From Paragordius varius (Eukaryota > Animalia > Nematomorpha), in the NCBI GenBank assembly GCA_964247055.1, contig OZ176056.1:1612001-1676000 (forward strand): a stretch of 64,000 nucleotides of DNA, in the 5' to 3' direction. A program made the position numbers and the translations under genes. Numbering within the stretch: the stretch's first letter is position 1; every line of letters starts with the position of its first letter. Positions 54,701 through 64,000 of this stretch are shown one piece after another. The notes under the pieces were generated by a model. That model was given only the letters and a program-made list of their open reading frames with translations. It was not told the DNA's origin and did no database searches.

Positions 54701-56769
54701 GTTGTCTTTCGAAAAAAAAATTATCTTTATATTTTTAAGTTTTGTCCGTATAATTTGCATGCACATTATATCCTAATTATTTTTTTTGAAAAAAATCTTT
54801 TACTAAAAAAATACGTTTAATATAATCATAAAAATTTTTTTTGTATAAATTATAGATATCGTTTAAAAATGTTTTTATTCATTCAAAACATTTGTAATTA
54901 TGATTTTTAGCATGCCAACAAACAGAATTGGTGATTAAATTTTTCTGTTTAGCTATTGGTAAAAAAATTATAAAAAATATAAAGTTATAAATAAGTTATT
55001 AAGCGATTTAATAACCGGCTTCAGTATTATGATGTAATTTTTGTAAATTACTTAAAATTACTAATTTAAACGAATTTTAACATCGAATACATCAAAAAAG
55101 AACAATTTCAATGTTAATTATTATTGGATCAACCAAATGGTCTCAATATTAAAGAAGAGATTGAGACATTTTTTTATCGAAAACGAAACACAATTGAAAT
55201 CCATATTAACTTATCATTGTTATTATTTAATATTCTAGAGGGTTCGTTAATTAAAAAAAAGAACATTTGCATTGCTTTTAAATATTAAATGATTTCCAAA
55301 ATTTTAGTATTTTAATATTGCGCTATAATATTATTAGATCTAAATTCTTATATTATTAAAAATAATTAATTAGTATATCTGTTTCGATTATAAATTAATT
55401 TCAGATGTAAAATATTCTAAAAGATGTTTGAAATTATTATTGTTTAAAAAACCAAAATTACAAAGTTTTACCTGTAATCAAGGATTTCAGAACAAGAAAG
55501 ATCAGCATAATTAAGAGGTGGTTTAATATCATTCAAAGTTATTACATAACGCATATTTGCATCGGGTGGTATATTATGAGATGGTCTAATGTAACATTAT
55601 ATTTTTATGCATATATATATAAAAAGTATGTCAGATTTTGAGATAAATTATCGAGCCTTTTTTAGTAATTTTAAGCTTTCAGGATTTAAAAAAAAGATAT
55701 AGATTAGTGAAATTCGCTTAAAAATTTTTAGTTTTGACCTTAACATGCAATAAAATTTCCAATTTGAAACATCTATAATATTGTACCTAAAAAGTAAAAA
55801 ATAAACCAAAAAAATCAAAAAAAATTATAATTTAATTACATGAAATTTAAATTAATACTTACTTTCCAAATTTGTCATAAGCAAATCTTGATTCGACCAA
55901 AAACTCGCTTTTTTCATGTAGACCCATAAGTTTAACCCCAATGTCAAATACTAAATAACAAAAAAAACTATTCACAATTAAAAACCATGTTTGAAAGATT
56001 TTAAATCCACCCTTAAATATTTCAACATCTCAAAAACATTTATTACCTTTAATTATTTTTTTTCTGAAAACATTTTAGCGCATAAAAATTTTTAGTTTGA
56101 AAATCACTAAAAATAAACAATTAAGCCTTAATTCACCTTCAAGTTTAGGCATTTTATATTCGTCCTCAAAATATTTTAAAATCATATTAGGGGTAAAAAT
56201 CTCGATATTGAATACGAGCCTAGATTAATATGTGTTCCGTTTTTTCTATGATAATATGTAATTGATGCTGAATAACTTGTTTGGCCGATTTAGGTTAAAT
56301 TGATTTATTATTTGGATATCATAAGATTTATATTAAATTTAAGAGATTACCAATTAAAGTAAAAAACTATAAAAATTAATGAAGTATGCCCAATCTTAGG
56401 GAATTTATTGTTCGAGTTAAAATTGGAAGCTTTTAGTTTTTAACATAGCACATTAAATTAAAAATATAAAACTAGTATTATACACGGTATTATTTCATTG
56501 TCTCCTATCGTATAAGTAACATTTTTGGTTTCAACAAATTTGAGATTATCGAAATTATTAGTATGGTTGAGAGGTGAAGTATTAATATATTCTTCATATG
56601 TTATGTTAATTATATTTTGGTCCTCTGGTTTAATATCGGTACCCGCTTTAAGAACCTAACACTATAGATTTGAATAAACCTTTTTCATAAACGAGCCATT
56701 TCCTAAAATATCCTGATATTCAGGTTCTTGATCTTCATCAACAGGCTTCAAAGTATCTGAATTTGTCAT
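51781..56769 (-). CDS. FKBP8: FKBP8/FKBP38-like tail-anchored immunophilin (FKBP domain, TPR, C-terminal TM), about 439 aa, 11 exons
   Basis: Exons 56769-56680 (..EYQDILGNGSFMKK), 56655-56484 (VLKAG..TYTIGDNEIIP), 55950-55863, 55585-55472 (HNIPPDANMRY), 54322-54248 (KKERGNFWFKRGDYTYAIDCY), 54144-54027 (alternative donor giving 54042 possible), 53329-53258 (LHNNIAECQLK), 53057-52968 (DPWDLKALWRQIK), 52795-52685, 52403-52167 (KKLYRNM), 51933-51781 (IYICSFLILLISCLVF, TM). Confidence 0.9.
56656..56679 (-). other. 24-nt micro-intron (FKBP8 intron 1)
   Basis: GTTTATTCAAATCTATAGTGTTAG. Removal gives GNGSFMKK|VLKAG. Two in-frame TAGs. The internal AG at nt 18 would still leave a stop. Confidence 0.88.
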
Positions 56770-56872
56770 CTTAGACGCATGTATTCATAAAACCATACAT
56801 GCTTTTTCGTTATATGACTCACTCATGAAAATATAAATACAAAATTTTTCGGTCGTATTTAATCACATAATA
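56770..56872. promoter_or_regulatory. Probable bidirectional promoter shared by FKBP8 and CHMP2A
   Basis: Only 103 bp separate the two divergent start codons (56769 minus, 56873 plus). Confidence 0.7.
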
Positions 56873-59800
56873 ATGGGTATTTATATTTATGATTGTTAAT
56901 ATGTAGATTTTTTATTCGGCAAAAAAGTTACACCGGAGGAAATGCTTCGAAAAAATCAGAGAGCTTTAAATAAAGCTATGCGTGATTTAGATAGGGAACG
57001 AAATCGTATGGAGCAACAAGAAAAGAAAGTCATAGCCGATATTAAACGCCAAGCTAAAGATGGCCAATTAGTATATATTAATTACTTTTTACGAAAATAA
57101 TTTTGCCAAATTAATTTTGATTATCGCTCGGTTTTATATTTTCTTTATGGTTTTATCAACATTGTAAATACTATAATACTAACTTAAATTTTAATTTTAT
57201 TGATTAGATTACGATTAATTAAAAGCTAATGATTCTGGTCATGCTAAATTAACCTCATATGCTTTAAAACTCAAAAATATAACAGGAACTTATTCGAAAA
57301 AACGGCTCTTATTTAATTTTTTGTCAAAAATATTTCTTTTTTTAAATTAAATTTGAATCAAAAAAATCTTAATTTTTTAATTATTTACTCTTTGTTCTTT
57401 ATTTTTAATATTTATTAAATTTTTTTAGTTTATATTCTAAAGTTTTTCATTACTTTTAGGATGCGGTGAAAGTTATGGCTCGAGACTTGGTTCGAACCCG
57501 GAGATACGTTAAAAAATTTATACTTATGAAAGCAAACATTCAAGCCGTTAGCCTTAAAATCCAATCTATGCGCTCACAAAATGCCATGTCTGACGCTATG
57601 CGTGGCGTTACACGCGCCATGCAAAGCATGAATCGACAAGTAATGATAATTACAATGATAAACTTCTTTGTCAAAGAGTCGTAGTTGATTATAGCGTAAA
57701 GCCAATAATTTTTTAAAGATAGGAGGATTGTAGGGTAGAAAAAGGAATTAGGCTTAAAAGTCGGAAAATAGGTTTTATATAGATGAGCTTTAATACAAAA
57801 ATAAAACTAAAGTTTTTTATTATAACATATCGTTTTGGTTTGCAAATTTAGGAATAGCTAACTAGTTGATACTTGGTTTAATTATTTAAGGAAAAGTCTC
57901 TATTCGTGAATTAGATTTAAACAGAAAATAGTTTATACATGCTAAAAATTGTACATTATCTGCTTTATTTTTTCGTTAGCTCAAACTGCCCCAAATCCAA
58001 CACATAATGAATGAGTTTGAAAAGCAAACGGAAATCATGGACATGAAGGAAGAAATGATGTCTGATGCCATTGACGATGCCATGGGCGCTGAAGATGATG
58101 AAGCTGAGAGGTAATTGTGTTTTTATTGGAGAAATTGAATATTACAAAGTTATAAAAATAAACAGAAAACATAATTCATACTTTTTTAGATCTTAACTTT
58201 TCCTTATTACAAATTTTTATTTGTCATTATTGTAAAACACAGAATTGGTGGAACCAATTTATACAATTTTATACTTTGAATTTAAAATTATGACATTCGT
58301 AAAAAATAAAGTTTAAAAGTACAGCGAAAAAAAATATTTGTCTTTTAAGTTTAGTTCTATAATATCTTATAGCTCGTTTAATAATAGGGGCTTTAATAAA
58401 ACTCAAAATTGGTACTGAGAAAAATTTTGAAATCAGGTTCCCTGTATTTTGCCTTAAATATTAATTAATTAAAATAATACATATAAACTAAACGCCAAAT
58501 ATTTTTTTTAAAAAAAACGACCATTTCAACCTTGATTTTTTGCATATCATTTTCATTTTGGGCTGCAAAACAAAAAATAGAGTATTATTTGGTAACTTAT
58601 TATCTTAAACATATTACGATTATTATAAAATATTTAAAAATAAAGGTTAAAAAAATATGGCTTTTTAGAAAGCAATATATGCCATATACTTTAAATACTG
58701 GGTTTTAAATTAAAAATTAAGTATAAATTTGTCACTAAAATATAATCAAATTTTTATGGTTAACGAAAAAATTAAACCACATCGAATGTAATTAAAAATA
58801 TTTTCCGCTTAGACTAGCTTTGATGTTAATTTATAAACGAAAATCCAATAATTACTTGAAAAAATGGAATTTGGGTTTAAATATTTTAACTTATTTGAAA
58901 CATAAGAAAATTAATTTGAAATGTCATTAATGTTTAAGATGAAACTAATCAAGCTAAATAATTAGATTTGTATTATTGCATTATAAAATTGAGACGCTGT
59001 AACTCGAATTTTAAAAATCCAATATAACAGTAATGGTAGTTTACAGGTTTTTAATTTCGATTCAGGGTAATTATTATTATAAAAAGGTCAATCGTAACAG
59101 GTCGGTTTTTAACAATTTAAATAATGACATATTTAAAAAGTTGCTTTAATCAGTTTTGCTGGTGAATATTAGCTAAAGATTGGTAGGTTTTTATCTGTAA
59201 TGTTTTATAATTTATATTTTTTACCCTTAAACACTTCACATTTTCCCTTGAACATTTCAAATTCAAGTTATGTGTATTTGGGCTAAAAAATTATATTATA
59301 AAGATTTATTTTTTTAGTTTTTTATTTCGTTACTCTATTTTGTTAATTCATTTTAAAAATACCAAAAATTCAAATAAATTTTTTTTCAGGTGATAAAAAC
59401 ATTTATGACACTTAAAATATCTATATTTAACGTTATTTTAATAATTTAAAATAGTGACAATAGTAATAAAATAACAAAATATATTAAAAACGAAACAAAT
59501 ATTAAATTTCAAATATGAGATAATTCTAGAAAATTATTTTTTAATGACAATTTTAATGATTAAGGTAAATTTTGAATGTGTAAGGCTAAATTTGATATGT
59601 TCGCGGAAATTTGAAATTGAAATAGTAAAATAAAATAAAACTTTTTATACATTTCTAGTAACGCCGTCGTATCCCAAATACTTGATGAATTGGGGATTGA
59701 AATGTCAGAAAAATTATCAGGTATTATTTTATATATTTCTTATAATTAAATTGTTATTAAGATAAATTTACAACTTTTTTTGTATCTGAAAGCATGTAAA

Positions 59801-60489
59801 AAGGTTTTTAAGAATCGGATATGTGTGTTATAACGAAACTATAAAATTGATTTTTCATTTTCCCATTTTTTTTGTTTTTAGTTTAGGTGGGTTTTAAATA
59901 CGTAAATTTATGGTTATACTTAACGAAACTTTAATACAGTGTATTATAAAATTATACATATCAAACGTAAAACTAATACATGTTATTTTAAAGGACGATT
60001 ACTCCTACTATAACTTAATTATTTCTCATAAACTTTGCAGTTTAAAATAATCAAAAATATTAAATTTAAATATATGATTCTCTTTTTTTAAAAAAATATT
60101 TGTCTTTTCTTTTTACTTTGTATAAAAAACTTACATATTATTGTAAAATTTTATATTTTTTTTATATTGACACACTTTTTTATTTGTTTGCGAAACAAAA
60201 AAAAGGTTTACCAAATGCCAAAGATAGCGTTTCGATTGCGACATCCACAGCCATGTCCGGAATTAAAACTAAGAGTCCACAGGTGGCTCAAGGTATATTT
60301 CCCTCTGTTCCAAACAGCAATATTACGGCGACGACAAATTTAAATATTCCTGGCAATTCTCCTGGTGGCATAAATGATCTTAACGAGCCTGGAAATGGTG
60401 GTGATAAAAACAATACAACACCCCTAGAAAACTCAGCTGATATTGATGCTGACCTTGAGGCGAGACTCAATCGATTAAGGAAGGAATGA
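56873..60489 (+). CDS. CHMP2A: ESCRT-III subunit CHMP2A/Vps2, 274 aa, 6 coding exons
   Basis: Exons 56873-56876 (ATG G), 56907-57070 (DFLFGKKVTPEEMLRKNQRALNKAMRDLDRER), 57460-57639 (DAVKVMARDLVRTRRYVKKF..), 57980-58110 (LKLPQIQHIMNEFEKQ..), 59659-59720 (VVSQILDELG), 60206-60489 (ends DADLEARLNRLRKE, MIM1 motif). Confidence 0.96.
56877..56906 (+). other. 30-nt micro-intron (CHMP2A intron 1)
   Basis: GTATTTATATTTATGATTGTTAATATGTAG joins ATG G to AT TTT TTA TTC GGC (MDFLFG). In-frame TAA, and no alternative in-frame ATG between that stop and the conserved N-terminus. Confidence 0.82.
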
Positions 60490-60672
60490 TTTGTTGAAAT
60501 ATATATAATATTGGGTGGAAAATGAATAAAAAATAAGGTCTCCTTAGAATCCTATAAATTTTGTGAAAGCCTAATTTATAATCATATATAAAACTGTAAA
60601 ATAAATTATATGGTGAGTACAATTTTTGCACGTTTAAAGTTATTAATAAATTTAGAACTTACGTGTTAATGA

Positions 60673-60707
<35 letters not shown>

Positions 60708-60922
60708 CAAATACGACGTTACATTTATTATCATATCATAAATTATAAATTTGTATAATTGATATATATACTCGATATATTTACAATATATATAAAACTA
60801 TCCAATAAACTTTATATAATCATTCTCAACCGATACTATACTTCAAGTTTATATTTATAAATATAATAGATTCGTGATATATTAACTACAGACTTTAAAG
60901 TGTAAAATCATAGTTGTTATAT

Positions 60923-63499
60923 TTAGCCCAAATAATTAACAATTTTGTGATCAATTATAGCAGTTATTATATCTTTGCACATAAGAATCCACTTATGCAT
61001 ATGTAAAGGATTGTACCCATTTATCAATTCACCTTCAATGGAAAACTTAGGTAGTGAATTCTTAGGATCAATCAATATTTTAGTCTGTTCAGCATTTTTG
61101 TTGTCTTTTTTGTCATCTTGTAAAAAGTTAGAATTTGATTCAAACGTTATATTAACGGTTAATTTACAGGAAAATTTGAATTGATTCAAAATGTTTGGAG
61201 CTAGGGCAAATACCGTTTCATTTATATGGCTCGTTTGAGCCTCATAGAAACGGGCTAAATTTTGTATTGAGACACCGTCTGCACAATGGTTGTTTTTGTT
61301 GTAATGATTAATCATTAGTGCAATATGTCGATCTATCGTTTCCTTACAAGTTGTGTGCAAAATAGTTTCACTATTCTCTCGACCAGCAAATGTTTCGTCA
61401 TCATTAAGTTCTTCATTATTCTCGCATTGAAAATTGTTTAAATAGCTGGGGAGATTTAAACGTGTAACTAAAATAAATTCAGTGGTGTTTTCATATCCCA
61501 TTTCTTTATCACTTTGATTTTGAATGGTGGTGTGGGGGAGGGAATTAACAGATCTGAGTTCTATACAAAGGGAAGATTTGAAAATGGCTTGCAAAACGCA
61601 ACATAAATACGAAGCAATTAGATATGTGAATTGACTCTTTTTACACAATACAACAGGCTTTTGGTCTGTAATAATTATTACACTATCGTTAAATGAAAAA
61701 TGGGCCCAAAATTTGGATAAAACGTTAGAATCATGATGGCCATTTGGAAAAAGTTCATTGGACAAAATAGTATTAACTTCGGGATTGTAGGACCATTCAA
61801 GCGTGTCCGTATATGCTTCGTTTTGATAATTTGAAAAGGGGGCCGGTAACTAAAAAATATGATATAAATTCCTTAAAAATTAGTCATATTAATAAATTAT
61901 CTAAATTCAAACAAAAATTTGAATGTAAATCTGTTTAAATACTTTTATATAGGGTTGATAGGTCCAAGCCAAGACCCAACGCATGGTTTTTCCTTGACAA
62001 AGTTCGCCGGTGGTATATTGGAAGTTTGAAGGGATTTCTTGAGTGCTGTTTTGAGCGTTTGTAGAGTCATTTAAACAGTTGGATTTGGGAAATAAACCTT
62101 TATTAAATATGGATTGTAATTTACAAAGCGTAGATTTTTTACCAATAAGTGTGGTAAAAATGTCCACTTTGTACATCCAATCTGTTGTTAAACTTTCACA
62201 CAACATTTGAGATATGAAACCAAAATCGCCACCGGTGTCGTCTGCGCTATTTTTATTGTCAGATTTAGTTTCACAATTTTGGTGTTTGTTGGTTTGTGTA
62301 TTTACATTTTCTAATTCAACCATTTCTGGCAGGGTTTTATCAATTTGTAAAGGTTCGAGCTTTTTATCTTTGGTAATTAAAACATTTTCATCGGAAGTAG
62401 CCGTTATTATGCCCAATGATTCCTGTAGAGTTTGTTGGGAATTCTTGAAACAAAGATCAGATGTTGAGGTGATATTATCGAGTTGATTGGATACAGGGTT
62501 AGCTTTTCGTTTTCGACCCCTGCGTTTAGCTGAAAGACCTGGATTTTGAGAGAGCGGTTTAATTTCCGCAATATCACTGGTAGGTTTAAACCATTCAACC
62601 CTACCAGTTCGCTTAATTAACCTTCTTTCAATTTTTTGAATGACTTTCAGGGATTCCTCATTCATATCATCTGTCGTGGAATCTGGAATTATTTCTTCCC
62701 CAGTGTCCTCATCCAATTGTTCTAGCGAATAAAAGGGTGGATTACACATTGTAAATTGAAATTTATCAAACGATTGAGTATTCAATGTTGGCAATATAGC
62801 GCCACTCTGTTTTAGGGCTTCTAAAGTATCTTTGGAAACGAGGCTAATGTGAGATGCAAGTTTATCCTGATTTTCTTGAATAGTTTGATATGCTGATTCG
62901 TAAGCCTGTTCATCAATCTCGGTGCACAAAAAAGTCCAATTATTTTTGAGGGAACCTAGAATGGCATAAATACAGCAACATCCAGTTCCAATGTCTAAAC
63001 CATTTGTAAAATTCGATCCCACAAACCGATCATGAAATGGTATTGTATCAAGATAGGACACGGAAAGAAGATCTTCAATCCATAAAATATAATTTAACTT
63101 CTGAGATAAGGTGGGTACTAATCTACCGGGCGGTATATTTACAGTGATATCAAAATGGTCTTTGAGTTGGACAGTCATAAGGGTAGCTACGGCGTTCGGT
63201 TTGGTAAAATCGATTGTTTTTTGCAAAAATTTACCTTCTTTTAAGCAATTTTCGGTAAGTTGCGCTTGCGATGACGTTAGATTCCAAGTTTTAAGAGCTC
63301 TGGAATGAACATCACAACTGTATTCGGCCAATTGTTTATCATATTTGTGGCATAATAAACTAAAATCTACCATATAAGACTTGAACAAATTCCTGTGATG
63401 CATAAATTTATTGAAGCCAGAAGGACCATACCTGTGTGGAACAATGGTGTCGTATTCTTTGATTTTGTTATAAAAAGGTGGTGGTTTCAATTCAGACAT
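60923..63499 (-). CDS. METTL16: U6 snRNA m6A methyltransferase METTL16, about 827 aa, 2 exons
   Basis: Exon 63499-61943 carries MHHRN, GRLVPT..LNYILWIEDLL, GLDIGTG, TEID, MCNPPFY, GGDFGF, FTTLIGKK and QGKTMRWVLAWTY. A 93-nt phase-0 intron (61942-61850) joins it to exon 61849-60923, the supplied 280-aa ORF, which ends in a VCR/KA-1-like segment (FSIEGELINGYNPLHMHKWILMCKD). Confidence 0.92.
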
Positions 63500-63568
63500 G
63501 TGCCTTTTAAATTTTAACCAGAATTAGTTGGCATATGGCATATTTGAAATTTTTAAACTGTTTTTTCG

Positions 63569-64000
63569 CACTTCGATTCAAATTGGGGTATCTAAATACC
63601 ACAAACTAAATTTGAATTAGGATTTTTAAATAACTAGTTTTAAATTTATGCTTCTATCCTAATAAAAATTATATAAATATACCAAAATATCTAAATAAAA
63701 TTTTGTTTTGAAGAAAAGTTCCATGTCGAACTACTTCAACGCCACTTTTATTATACAAAATTTTTGCTAAATACCGTCTTCATTCAATTTAATGGGTAAA
63801 ATTAGAGCTAATTTTATTTAAATTAGATCTAACATTGATAGAAACAGAAAAAGCGGTTTATTTTGTATTATTTTTCAATTATACCATTGCACACATGTTA
63901 CGCCAACTAAATTTTTTCTTTTGTGTTTTAGCTTATAAGTAAAATCAAGTATTTTTGAATAAAATTTTTTTATATATTTCGGTTTATTTATGTTATATAA
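63569..64000 (+). mobile_element. piggyBac-type MITE, copy E (truncated by the window end), just upstream of METTL16
   Basis: Begins CACTTCGATTCAAATTGGGGTATCTAAATACC and follows the copy C/D internal sequence. Confidence 0.8.

Overview
Very AT-rich, intron-containing eukaryotic DNA, most likely from an invertebrate animal (inferred from the gene set; species cannot be assigned from sequence alone). No prokaryotic features, CRISPR, rRNA or tRNA genes were found. I rebuilt spliced gene models by hand using GT-AG sites, reading-frame continuity and recalled family sequences. Conserved genes: SND1/Tudor-SN (5' part, runs off the left edge), PHF12, Rab14, CACYBP/SIP, dynein light chain LC8, FKBP8, CHMP2A/Vps2 and METTL16. 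Unrecognised genes: a Gly/His/Tyr-rich secreted peptide, a three-module antistasin-like Cys/Arg/Trp-rich protein, a CUB-like secreted protein, a single-VWC secreted protein and an intronless 447-aa coiled-coil ORF. Introns and intergenic DNA hold many non-autonomous transposons: TTAA/piggyBac-type and TA/CAGT Tc1-type MITEs, foldback-like elements and Helitrons. The most unusual signal is five 24-33 nt introns. All are first or second introns, all have lengths divisible by 3, all carry an in-frame stop, and all have U at donor position +4. Every other modelled intron is about 60-1550 nt.
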